A stretch of 54,377 nucleotides of DNA from an uncultured Methanosarcinales archaeon (GTDB taxonomy: Archaea; Nanobdellota; Nanobdellia; Woesearchaeales; UBA10216): positions 1-54,377 of the forward strand of contig CAZDCW010000005.1 in the NCBI GenBank assembly GCA_964504135.1, given 5' to 3'. Of this stretch, positions 1 to 9,084 are shown in pieces (within the stretch, counting starts at the first letter, position 1; each line of letters begins with the position of its first letter). The notes below the pieces were generated by a model. That model did no database searches, had not been told where the DNA came from, and saw only the letters and a list, made by a program, of their open reading frames with translations. Both the position numbers and the translations under genes were made by a program.

Positions 1-34
1 TTCTCAAATCAATATCGTTTACTTTAATAACCAT
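1..34 (-). CDS. 5' end of a gene running off the window, possibly an HTH (Lrp/MarR-like) regulator
   Basis: ATG at 34-32 reads MVIKVNDIDLR. A TTTATATA box lies about 25 nt upstream on the minus strand. Only 11 codons are visible. Confidence 0.4.
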   Translation of the reverse strand, partial: MVIKVNDIDLR

Positions 35-134
35 ATGAGTATAAAAGTAAACAGTCGTATATAAATGTTTTGGTTTTTTCTGCTCGATACGCTAAAAAAG
101 TAATATTTATACAGGCGCTTTCGAGCCCAGCCTA

Positions 135-881
135 TCAGTCGTTATCCACCCTCGGCGCGAGAATGAAGCTGAGCATAACCCTGTCAATGGTGTTGTAGGC
201 CAGCCTCAGCGGGTAATCGTGGTTGAAGTTTATTACAACCCTGTCAGAGAGCTTTGAGCCCTGCATCATCTTTTTCAGGTACTCGATGGAATACTTTGAG
301 CGGACCTTGTCCTTTGAGTCGGTCCTGATATTAGTCTCGTCACCTGCCTTTATCTCAATGTTGGCAGTGCTCAGGTCGCCATCGGCACGCACTGTGAACT
401 TGCCTGGGTCGGCAACAAAGCTAACAGACTCGGCAACAATGTCAGCATCATCAACAGCCTCGTTAAGAAAGGCAGAGTTTGTTTCAATAGTGACCGGAAA
501 TGAAAGCTCGGGAATCTTCTGCTCCTTATGCTCCAGGTCAATTATCGGAATGCTGAAGGTCCTCACAGACTCAGAGCGCAGCTGAATCCTCAGCCTGCCG
601 TCCTCAAGCTCAAGCACAACCATGTCATTCGGCTTGGCTCTCCTAAGTATCTGCTTCAGATTGTTCAGGTTGATAGCCAGGTTAACGTCACTGTCAAGCG
701 CGTATTCAGCAAAGGCGCTTGGCAGGAGCCTGAAGATAACCATAGCAACGTTTGCAGGGTCCATGGCAACGAGCTCAATGCCATCCCTGCCAACCTTAAT
801 CCTGGCCTCATTCACAAGGTCTGAAATTATGGAAACGCTCTCCTTCAAGTACTTCGGCTCTGCAAGACTAAGCTTCATCAT
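135..881 (-). CDS. pcn: PCNA sliding clamp
   Basis: 248 aa with AMDPANVAMV, YSIEYLKKM and C-terminal FILAPRV motifs typical of archaeal PCNA. Confidence 0.97.
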   Translation of the reverse strand: MMKLSLAEPKYLKESVSIISDLVNEARIKVGRDGIELVAMDPANVAMVIFRLLPSAFAEYALDSDVNLAINLNNLKQILRRAKPNDMVVLELEDGRLRIQLRSESVRTFSIPIIDLEHKEQKIPELSFPVTIETNSAFLNEAVDDADIVAESVSFVADPGKFTVRADGDLSTANIEIKAGDETNIRTDSKDKVRSKYSIEYLKKMMQGSKLSDRVVINFNHDYPLRLAYNTIDRVMLSFILAPRVDND

Positions 882-1007
882 TCACCCCCAAAGAATACTA
901 AACAGCTACTGGCGAGTATTTATATTTTTTGTGCTGTGGATTAAGTCAACTAAACGTCATCTTTAAATAGGACTAATGTTTATATATTTCTAAAAAGAGG
1001 TGATATT

Positions 1008-1495
1008 ATGATGGCGTGTGAGAATTGTGGATCAGAAAGTGTGGTAAAGAAAGGATTTAGGCATAACGCGTCTGGTTCAAAACAAAAATTTTTCTGCCCT
1101 GATTGTGAGAAGTGGTTTGTGCATGATGATGGTTTTAAACGTATGAGAATAAAGCCGGCTCATATCGTTCGTGCTTTGCATGAATATGGCGATGGAGCCT
1201 CGCTCAGAAAAGTAAGGGAACATCTTAGGCAGCATGATGATGTTAAAGTTTCTCGATGGGCAATCCGAAAGTGGGTGGTTAAGTATTCCCACCTCTTAAA
1301 AAAAACGACCATGGATTCGGTACTCCAAAGATTAAGGGGCGTATCCATTTCGATGAGAAATATACGCGAGTAAAAAAACCGTTGGGAATACCGCTTGACC
1401 GCGATTGACAGCAAAACAAAGTTCGTTTTTGCTGAAATTGTCGTCGTGGAAAGGTCATTAAAAGCTTGCGTGGGATTTCTCAAACAAATCAAACC
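1008..1495 (+). mobile_element. Truncated, frameshifted IS1/IS6-like transposase remnant
   Basis: N-terminal Zn ribbon (CENC..CPDC) and HTH. After the A8 run at 1298-1305 the -1 frame reads KGRIHFDEKYTRVK (first DDE motif). After the A7 run at 1372-1378 it continues RWEYRLTAIDSKTKF. The rest of the DDE domain is missing. Confidence 0.75.
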
Positions 1496-1525
1496 CTCCA
1501 TTTTTCCACTGGAAATGAAGGGGGC
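1494..1525. promoter_or_regulatory. Palindromic ORB (Orc1/Cdc6 origin recognition box)
   Basis: TTCCACTGGAAATGAAGGGGG on + and TTCCAGTGGAAAAATGGAGGG on -; both match the archaeal ORB consensus TTCCAGTGGAAA..GGGG. Confidence 0.7.
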
Positions 1526-1627
1526 TTATCTTCTTGAAAATAGCATTCGGATTACAAAAGTATTTATAAATGAGCTCCTTCTTTTCATTTAAATAGCCCT
1601 TTTAAAGGGCTTTTGGGGGGGTTTTGC

Positions 1628-2176
1628 ATGAGCAAGAGGGAAATTAAGGTTGTTAACATTGTGGTTAGCACTTCTCTGAACCATGACATTCCTTTGGAGA
1701 AGATGGCTTCTACGCTTCCCAACACTGAGTATAACCCTGAGCAGTTCCCAGGGCTGGTTATCAGGATTAAGGAGCCGAAGACTTCTGCCCTTATTTTTAG
1801 CAGCGGCAAGGTCGTGTGCACAGGCGCAAGGTCCATGGACAAGGTTGAGGAGTCCATCAGGAAGATTATCAAGAGCCTTGAGAAGATAGGGATTAGGATA
1901 AGCATCAAGCCTGAGATTAACATTCAGAATATAGTTGCGTCAGGCACTGTCGGAATGGACCTTAACCTGAACGTGCTGGCCATGAAGCTCAGGAACACAG
2001 AGTATGAGCCTGAGCAGTTCCCTGGCCTGGTGTACAAGCTTATTGACCCTGACATCAAGGCAACCTTCCTCCTTTTCAGCAATGGGAAGATAGTCTGCAC
2101 TGGCACTAAGTCTGAGTCCGAGGTGAACAAGGCTTTGGACAAGCTTGTTGACAACCTTAAAAAGGTGAAAAGGTGA
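1628..2176 (+). CDS. tbp: TATA-box binding protein
   Basis: Two repeats of YxPEQFPGL...FSxGKxVCTG. The ATG at 1628 follows a G-rich SD. Confidence 0.98.
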   Translation: MSKREIKVVNIVVSTSLNHDIPLEKMASTLPNTEYNPEQFPGLVIRIKEPKTSALIFSSGKVVCTGARSMDKVEESIRKIIKSLEKIGIRISIKPEINIQNIVASGTVGMDLNLNVLAMKLRNTEYEPEQFPGLVYKLIDPDIKATFLLFSNGKIVCTGTKSESEVNKALDKLVDNLKKVKR

Positions 2177-5100
2177 ATGTTGAGGAGTCTGTAAGGAAGT
2201 ATCAGGAGTTCATTGAGGACAATTACAAGGCAGCCCTTCTGGAGTCAGTAAGCACCGGGAAGAATTTCCTGGTGATTGATTTTGCAGAGCTGTCAAAGTT
2301 TGACCCGGCTATGGCTGAGGAGCTTCTTAACAGCCCTGAGGATTCCCTGAAGTCTGCCGAGCTTGCGTGCAGCCAGATTGACCTGCCTGTCCAGGGCAGC
2401 GTCAGGGTCAGGGTTTCCAATCTGCCTGAAGACAGGAAGCTCGCCATCAGGACTGTCAGGAGCGAGCATCTGGGCAGGCTTCTTTACATTGAGGGCGTTG
2501 TGAAGAAGAAGGGCGATGTCAGGCCCCAGGTTGTTTCTTCGAGGTTTGAATGCCCTGCCTGCGGCCAGGTGATGGCTGTGCTCCAGCTTGACCAGAGCTT
2601 TCGCGAGCCTGCCAAGTGCAGCTGCGGGAGGAAGGGGAAGTTTACCTTGCTGAGCAAGGAGATGGTGGATGCGCAGAGCATGGTTCTTGAGGAGCCTGCT
2701 GAAAACCTTGAGGGCAGCGAGCAGCCCAAGAGGCTTAACCTCTTTCTGAAGGAGGACCTCGTCAGCCCGCTTACAGAGAAGAAGGTAAATCCTGGCAGCA
2801 GGGTTGCGGTTGTTGGTATTCTTAAGGAGGTTCCGATAATACTGAGGTCTGGCGGGAAGTCCACTGTGTTTGATTTTCTGCTTGAGGTAAACAGCATTTC
2901 CTCAAGCCAGGAGGATTTTTACGACGTTAAGATAAGCAGGGAGGAGCAAAAGAGGATTCTTGAGCTTGCCTCTGACCCCAAGGTGTACCAGAAGTTGACT
3001 GATGCTGTCGCGCCTTCAATTTTTGGCTACGACAAGGTGAAGGAGGCGCTTGTCCTTCAGCTTATGGGCGGGGTGAGGAAGCAGCGGCCTGACGGGATGA
3101 CGACGAGGGGTGATGTCCACGTGATGCTGGTTGGCGACCCTGGCTGCATCGCAGGAGATTCTCAGGTGGCTCTGCTGTACAGGGGCATGCAGCCAATCAG
3201 CAGCTTGGGCGAGGGACATTTGCAAAGAATAAACCTTGTTATTTCCAAAATAAGGCGGAATGAAAGCGATTTGCCTTATGATTTTGCAACGGTCTTCCAG
3301 CATTACAGATCCCAGCCGGTGCTTCGGCTGGTTACAGAGACAGGGAAGGAAGTTACGTGCACATACAATCAGCCATTCCTGACAAAGGAAGGCTGGAAAA
3401 GGGCTGATGAGCTTTTGTTGGACGAGCCAATAAGAGTGGCGCCAGTCATTCCCAACATTGTAAAAAAGCTGGCCCCGACAAACTTTGAAAGGGTGGAAAG
3501 CCATAGTGGTCCGCTGAAGGAAGTTTCAATCCCTGAATTCTTTACTCCGGGCCTTGCTTCCCTCTGCGGCTATATAATTGGCGACGGGAATATTCATCCG
3601 AATGGCTATAGGCTTGCTTGCTACGTTAACTCAGAGGAAACTGATTTGATTGCGATTATCCAGGGATTGTTCAGGCAGGAGTTTAATCTGGAGCCTTCGG
3701 TCTTTGCCAGGAAAGCTGGCGGGATTAAGACGATAGTTGATGGGCACCAAGGTTTGAGGCAGTTTGTATCCAGGCAGCAGATGCATTTAGTGGAAGTTAA
3801 CAGCAGGCAGGTTGCCCATTCATTGTCATTTCTGAAGGAAAAGCGGGTTCCGCAGGCTATTTTCCAAAGTCCAAAGATTGTTGTTTCAAGGTTCATTAGC
3901 TGGCTGTTTGAAGCAGATGGCTGCGCTTTTGCAAAGGGAAGGGGACGGATATCTGTGCAATTGAAGTCACGTTCAGCCGGCCTTCTTAAAGACGTGCAGC
4001 TTTTGCTGTTGTATTTCGGCATCCAGTCAAGAATCATCCAGGATAACCTATGCATAAGGAGATCCAGGGATATTGGATTGTTCGCCAGGCACATCGGATT
4101 TAACTCTGCGAAAAAAATATCCGCGTTGGAAAAATGTCTGGTTGCTGTAAGGAATAGGAGCAGCACTCAGAAAAGAAAAGGCCCTCAGAAATGGGAGCGT
4201 GTAGTCAGGGTGATGCCCGCAGGCATAACTGACGTGTATGATTTCGAGGTTCCTGTAACTAAGATGTTTATTGCAAACGGTATTGTGTGCCACAATTCCG
4301 GCAAGAGCCAGCTCCTCAAGCGCATCAGCAGAATAGCGCCTAAAGGCCGCTATATCAGCGGCAAGAGCGTTACAGGCGCTGGCATGACTGCTGCCGTAGT
4401 GCGCGACGAATTCCTCGGCGGATGGAGCCTTGAGGCTGGAGCGCTTGTGCTGGCAAATAACGGGATTTGCTGTACAACCGGAGATGCAGAGTTTGTGACT
4501 GAGGATTACAAGAAAATTAAATTTGAGGATTTGTTCAAGGATGGCGAACAAGTTCTTTTTCCAAAATTCAAGATTCTTGGTTTGAATTTGAAGACTAATC
4601 GCATCGAGGCATTTCCAATTAAAAAAGCCTTCAGGATTAAAAATAGTAAGAAACTTGTTCAGGTAACTACAAGAACTGGAAGAAAGCTGAAGCTGACTGA
4701 GGACAATGGACTGCTGTTGGCCAAAGACTCTCTTTTCAAATGGGTTGCGGCAGCCGGGATTTCAGAGGGCGATTTTGTTGCTGTCCCAAGGAATTATGGC
4801 ATCGACGGTAGTGACTGCTACGACACGGATTTCGCCTATATTTGCGGGCTTGTTGCCACTGACGGTCACATCGCCATAGACAAAAGGCATGCCCAGACCT
4901 CCATTTATAACAGCAATGCGGAAATCATAAACAATGCGGTCGAAACGCTGCGGAGGATGAAAGTAAAGTTCAGCGTGTTTTCCAGAAAGCCGGGGGGGCG
5001 TAGCGTTATCAGAGGGAAAGAAGTCATAACCAGGAAGGAGGTTCGTCAGATAATTAATTTTCAAAAGGCATTTGCCGAAAGAATTATCGACTTTGGAGTG

Positions 5101-8100
5101 CCTTCAGGCAATAAGTCATCTTTGCACTGTCTTGACAAAAAAATCCTGGGATATTCAAGAGCTACATTAGCCGCATTTATGGCTGGCGTTTTTGATGGCG
5201 ATGGAAGCATCAGGGAGAATCCTACGGAGGCAACTATAACGACAGGCATAAGGGAAAATGCTCAATTATTCCAGGAAATATTGCTAAGGTTCGGGATTAT
5301 TTCAAGTGTGGAAAAATCAACTCACAGCTGGCATTGCTCGATAAGGGGATTTGAGGAGGTAAGCAGTTTCTTTAAGCATGTGACCTTCCTTCACCCTGAA
5401 AAAATTGCCAAGAGCAATCTTTTGGCTGCCGTGGAGATTAAGGGAAGGATCGATGTCTTGCCCAACCATCAGGATTTCTTTAGAAGGCTTTTGAAAAGTA
5501 ATTCCGGCAGGCTTGGGAAGAATGTGTTCAGGTATTTTTGGAATTATTGTAAGACGAATGATGATTTGGGAAGGAAGCTTTCGGGCGATGTTCTCTGGGA
5601 TAAGGTGGTTTCAATTGAAGAGTTGCAAGAGGAATACGTTTATGATTTCACAATGGAGGGTACAAATAACTTTGTTGCAAATAACATAATAATGCATAAT
5701 TGTATCGATGAGCTGGACAAAATGAGCGAGGAGGACAGCGGAGCATTGCACGAGGCCATGGAGCAGCAGAGCTACCATCCTGATTTTGAGATTATGCTTG
5801 GCGACGGCTCAACTCACAGAATAGGGAAGCTGGTTGACAGCTTTTTAGATGCCAACAAGGATGGGATAATCCGGGGAATCAACTGCGAAATTCTGCCGGT
5901 TGAAAATATTGAACTGCTTACGACGGACTTTAGGAAGGTTTTCACGATTAAGGCTAAAAGGGTCTCCAGGCATTCTGCTCCTGACCACTTCATAGAGATA
6001 TCATTTAGCAACGGAAGAAGGATAACTGTAACTCCTGAGCACCCTGTTTACCTGTTCAGGGATGGAATCGCTGAAATCCCGGCAGAGCAGGTTCAGGTTA
6101 ATGACTTGTCCTTCGCTCCAAGGGTATTGCCTGTTCGGGAGGGATGTGGGGTTTCAAGGGAGCTTAGCAGGCTTCTGGGCTATTTGGTTACAGAAGGCCA
6201 CACTTACTTTAATGGGAAGCACAGGTATGCCGAAATAGGCATAAGCAATACGGACAGGAGGATAATAGATGAGTGTGGCCTTCTTTTTGAAAGGATTTTC
6301 GGCTGTAAGCCTAACATTAACCTTCAGAAAAAAGAGCGCAGGAAATGGGCTAAGCAGGACTTGTTTACAGTTAGGATTTCGTCATTGGATGCATATTCCC
6401 GTGTCAGGGATGATTTCCCTGAGCTTATGGTCAAAGCTCCCTTCAAGAGGGTTCCTAACAGGCTTAAGGTTTCTTCTTCTGAAGCTAAGAGGGAATTTTT
6501 GGCGGCCGCCTTTAAGGGTGATGGGTTTGTTGACTCCGAACGGTTCGGCTATATTACTTCATCTTACGGTTTGGCCAAGGACTTCCAGGACTTGCTTTTG
6601 GAATTCGGTGTTAACAGCTACATAGCGACTGAATCAAGGGCTGGCAGGAAATACTTCAAAGTAGTGGTTTCCTCCACTAAAAGCATGAATGCCTTTAAGG
6701 ATAAAATTGCTGAGCAGGATGACAAAAGGCTTGCAAGAATAGGGTTTTTGTGCGCCCGCAGCTCCAGGAAGTCAAACTATCGGGACCCTGTTCCGACGAT
6801 AATTTTGAAGCGGGTTAATGCATTGCTGAAGAAGCTGAGGCTTAGCAACGGATATTTCAACAGGATAATTTCTATGAACCAGAACTCCAATAGGGATATA
6901 GTGCTCAGGCAATTGGGAAGGGTGAGGCTGAAGCTGCATGAATGCGCCGCAGCTCTTTGTTCTGAATCAATCCGGGATGTCAGAAGGGGCAGCCTTACCC
7001 CACTGGCTGATGTGTTGAATGAAGTCGGGATTTCCTCGTCAATGGTTTATTATGTTGAAAAGCGGCCGCATTCGCAGATGCATTCTGAATTGCTGCAGAA
7101 AACCAGGAGCGTTGCTGGGAAGAGGCTTTCAGCAGTTGAAAATGAGCTTGGGCAGCTTTTGTCTATTGTAAAAAGCGATTTGAGGTTTGTCACTGTAAAA
7201 AGTGTCAGAAGAATTGAGAATGAGGATATAAGATGGGTTTACGATGTCACTGTTGAGCCTACAAAGACGTTTGTCAGTGAGGGATTGGTGCTTCATAACA
7301 CCCTTTCAGTTTCCAAGGCGAGCATCCAGTCCACCCTCCTTACCAGAACGACTGTCCTTGTCGCCGCCAATCCCAAGCTTGGCAGGTTTGACCCTTTCTC
7401 TGTGCTCGCGAGCCAGATTGACATGCCTCCGACTTTGATTAACAGGTTTGACCTGATTTTTCCGATTACTGATATCCCGAACAAGGCCAAGGATGAGAAG
7501 ATGGCGCAGCACATACTTTTTCTTCACCAGACGCCTGAGCAGATTGAGGCTGAGATTGGCACTGATTTCCTCAAGAAGTACGTGGCTTACGCAAGGCAGA
7601 ATATTAGTCCGGTCCTTACTGATTCAGCTCTTAACGAGATTAAGGACTTTTATGTGCAGATGCGGAGCCTGGGCATAAGGGAAGAGATTACATTCGGAAT
7701 CGGCGAGGGGCATGAGGTTCGCGCAATCCCGATTTCAGCCAGGCAGCTTGAGGCCCTGATAAGGCTCTCTGAGGCTTCTGCAAGGACCCGGCTCTCCCAG
7801 AAGGTCACTAGGGAGGATGCGCAGAGGGCTATTGAGCTTGTAAGGTACTGCCTGATGCAGGTTGGCTTTGACAGGAAGACAGGCCAGATTGACATTGACC
7901 GCATTTCAACAGGCATTCCTGCTTCTGAAAGGAGCAGGATTTATGCTGTCAGGGATATTATCAAGGAGCTGGAGTCCAAGATTGGAAACCTGATTCCTGT
8001 TGAGGATATCCTGAAGATTGCCCTGGACAAGGGCATTGCAGAGACTGACGTTGAGCAGCTTATTGAGAAGCTCAAGCGGGACGGTGACATTTATGAGCCA

Positions 8101-8127
8101 AAGCCGGGCTTTGTCAGGAGGGCTTAG
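2173..8127 (+). CDS. mcm: MCM replicative helicase precursor with three inteins (about 680 aa after splicing)
   Basis: Zn finger CPAC..CSC, Walker A GDPG/SGKSQ, Walker B C/CIDELDKM, AANP, NRFD and ARQLEALIRL motifs. Confidence 0.97.
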   Translation: MNVEESVRKYQEFIEDNYKAALLESVSTGKNFLVIDFAELSKFDPAMAEELLNSPEDSLKSAELACSQIDLPVQGSVRVRVSNLPEDRKLAIRTVRSEHLGRLLYIEGVVKKKGDVRPQVVSSRFECPACGQVMAVLQLDQSFREPAKCSCGRKGKFTLLSKEMVDAQSMVLEEPAENLEGSEQPKRLNLFLKEDLVSPLTEKKVNPGSRVAVVGILKEVPIILRSGGKSTVFDFLLEVNSISSSQEDFYDVKISREEQKRILELASDPKVYQKLTDAVAPSIFGYDKVKEALVLQLMGGVRKQRPDGMTTRGDVHVMLVGDPGCIAGDSQVALLYRGMQPISSLGEGHLQRINLVISKIRRNESDLPYDFATVFQHYRSQPVLRLVTETGKEVTCTYNQPFLTKEGWKRADELLLDEPIRVAPVIPNIVKKLAPTNFERVESHSGPLKEVSIPEFFTPGLASLCGYIIGDGNIHPNGYRLACYVNSEETDLIAIIQGLFRQEFNLEPSVFARKAGGIKTIVDGHQGLRQFVSRQQMHLVEVNSRQVAHSLSFLKEKRVPQAIFQSPKIVVSRFISWLFEADGCAFAKGRGRISVQLKSRSAGLLKDVQLLLLYFGIQSRIIQDNLCIRRSRDIGLFARHIGFNSAKKISALEKCLVAVRNRSSTQKRKGPQKWERVVRVMPAGITDVYDFEVPVTKMFIANGIVCHNSGKSQLLKRISRIAPKGRYISGKSVTGAGMTAAVVRDEFLGGWSLEAGALVLANNGICCTTGDAEFVTEDYKKIKFEDLFKDGEQVLFPKFKILGLNLKTNRIEAFPIKKAFRIKNSKKLVQVTTRTGRKLKLTEDNGLLLAKDSLFKWVAAAGISEGDFVAVPRNYGIDGSDCYDTDFAYICGLVATDGHIAIDKRHAQTSIYNSNAEIINNAVETLRRMKVKFSVFSRKPGGRSVIRGKEVITRKEVRQIINFQKAFAERIIDFGVPSGNKSSLHCLDKKILGYSRATLAAFMAGVFDGDGSIRENPTEATITTGIRENAQLFQEILLRFGIISSVEKSTHSWHCSIRGFEEVSSFFKHVTFLHPEKIAKSNLLAAVEIKGRIDVLPNHQDFFRRLLKSNSGRLGKNVFRYFWNYCKTNDDLGRKLSGDVLWDKVVSIEELQEEYVYDFTMEGTNNFVANNIIMHNCIDELDKMSEEDSGALHEAMEQQSYHPDFEIMLGDGSTHRIGKLVDSFLDANKDGIIRGINCEILPVENIELLTTDFRKVFTIKAKRVSRHSAPDHFIEISFSNGRRITVTPEHPVYLFRDGIAEIPAEQVQVNDLSFAPRVLPVREGCGVSRELSRLLGYLVTEGHTYFNGKHRYAEIGISNTDRRIIDECGLLFERIFGCKPNINLQKKERRKWAKQDLFTVRISSLDAYSRVRDDFPELMVKAPFKRVPNRLKVSSSEAKREFLAAAFKGDGFVDSERFGYITSSYGLAKDFQDLLLEFGVNSYIATESRAGRKYFKVVVSSTKSMNAFKDKIAEQDDKRLARIGFLCARSSRKSNYRDPVPTIILKRVNALLKKLRLSNGYFNRIISMNQNSNRDIVLRQLGRVRLKLHECAAALCSESIRDVRRGSLTPLADVLNEVGISSSMVYYVEKRPHSQMHSELLQKTRSVAGKRLSAVENELGQLLSIVKSDLRFVTVKSVRRIENEDIRWVYDVTVEPTKTFVSEGLVLHNTLSVSKASIQSTLLTRTTVLVAANPKLGRFDPFSVLASQIDMPPTLINRFDLIFPITDIPNKAKDEKMAQHILFLHQTPEQIEAEIGTDFLKKYVAYARQNISPVLTDSALNEIKDFYVQMRSLGIREEITFGIGEGHEVRAIPISARQLEALIRLSEASARTRLSQKVTREDAQRAIELVRYCLMQVGFDRKTGQIDIDRISTGIPASERSRIYAVRDIIKELESKIGNLIPVEDILKIALDKGIAETDVEQLIEKLKRDGDIYEPKPGFVRRA
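3145..4296 (+). mobile_element. Intein 1 in MCM Walker A, with LAGLIDADG endonuclease (384 aa)
   Basis: Starts CIAGDS and ends VYDFEV..FIANGIVCHN before Ser. Contains LCGYIIGDG and WLFEADG. Confidence 0.93.
4471..5700 (+). mobile_element. Intein 2 just before MCM Walker B, with LAGLIDADG endonuclease (410 aa)
   Basis: Starts CTTGDA and ends VYDFTM..FVANNIIMHN before Cys. Contains GLVATDG and AGVFDGDG. Confidence 0.93.
5770..7299 (+). mobile_element. Intein 3 after AMEQQ in MCM, Ser-initiated, with LAGLIDADG endonuclease (510 aa)
   Basis: Starts SYHPDF, has a TPEHP block B and ends VYDVTV..FVSEGLVLHN before Thr. Contains GYLVTEG and AAFKGDG. Confidence 0.92.
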
Positions 8128-8129
8128 GT

Positions 8130-8729
8130 ATGGCTCCTGCCGTTAAGGCTAATGTTAAGGAGCTTTCTGCCCTTACCCAGTCTGATGAGCCGTCAGTCAG
8201 GGGAAGGAGCGCTGCCAAGGTTAATGTCATTGGAGTCCTCGTTTCAAAAACCCCTGGTGTTTTCATTGTTGATGATGGCACTGGCTCAATTGCAGTCAGG
8301 AGCTTTGGCTCTGAGGTTAAGCCTTTGGACTCATTTGAGGTGGGTGAAATAATAAATGTGATCGGCAGGCTCGGTTTTTTTGGAGCCGAGCCGTACATTT
8401 CCCCTGAGATTGCGGCAAGGTCCTCTCAGAAGATGCTTGCGCTCAGGCAGCTTGAGCTTGAGAGGGATTTGCTGCTTTCAGGCCCTTCAGGCGCTGAATC
8501 AGTCATCATCGAAGAGGTTGCAGGGGCTCCTGCAGCTGACCTTTCAGACGCAGCGGTGATAAGGGAGCTGATTAGGGAAATAGACCTTGGGAATGAGGGG
8601 AAGGGCGCTGACATTGAGGAAATCAACAGGAGGAGCAATATGGGAAATGCCGAGGCCCTTATAAGAAGCCTGATAGAGCTTGGCGAGGTTTTTGAGGTCC
8701 GCCCCGGCAGGCTCAAGGTCTTGGAATGA
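8130..8729 (+). CDS. OB-fold plus winged-helix protein (RPA32-like ssDNA-binding subunit)
   Basis: VNVIGV..VDDGTGSI OB motif and C-terminal LIELGEVFEVRPG wHTH; directly downstream of mcm. Confidence 0.8.
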   Translation: MAPAVKANVKELSALTQSDEPSVRGRSAAKVNVIGVLVSKTPGVFIVDDGTGSIAVRSFGSEVKPLDSFEVGEIINVIGRLGFFGAEPYISPEIAARSSQKMLALRQLELERDLLLSGPSGAESVIIEEVAGAPAADLSDAAVIRELIREIDLGNEGKGADIEEINRRSNMGNAEALIRSLIELGEVFEVRPGRLKVLE

Positions 8730-8765
8730 TTTTCTTGGGTTATTGCACAAAAAGCTATTAACAAG

Positions 8766-8854
8766 TATAATAGCGAACATTAATTCTTAATAGAAATTTT
8801 CGCTATTATATTCCAGAAAACCTAACAAATAGTATTAAAAATTTAGGTTTTCTG
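8766..8854. repeat. Two consecutive perfect 12-bp inverted repeats
   Basis: TATAATAGCGAA (8766-8777) / TTCGCTATTATA (8799-8810) and CAGAAAACCTAA (8814-8825) / TTAGGTTTTCTG (8843-8854). Confidence 0.85.
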
Positions 8855-8857
8855 TTA

Positions 8858-9025
8858 TAGCAGCCTGTGGCTCCCTGATTCAGCCACCCCTGCGGGATTA
8901 TGTAACGTGTACTGATTGGCATCGTTCACGGTTTGCAATGTCCACTTGCCTTGTCAATACGTATAGCCCTTGTACAGTTAACCGCCATATACGAAGAGGA
9001 CAGTACACGAAGAGTCAGCCTGCTA
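8858..9025 (+). ncRNA. Putative structured ncRNA or MITE-like element, copy A
   Basis: Homologous to 26519-26691(-) and 32866-32950. The ends pair (TAGCAGCCTG/CAGCCTGCTA), there are several internal stems, and a TATA-like TATTAAAA lies at 8833. Confidence 0.6.
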
Positions 9026-9084
9026 TTAGTCATTATAATCAAAATTCAGCACAATTTAAAAAGCAGCGGCTTTTCCCTCAGGAG

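Noticed and set aside
1395-1592. Independent 65-aa gene
   Set aside because: The first half is the frameshifted transposase fragment; the rest is read-through across the ORB and promoter.
8938-9084. N-terminal extension of the aIF-2beta ORF given in the ORF track
   Set aside because: It overlaps element copy A; the true start is ATG 9085, which has its own SD and TATA-like box.
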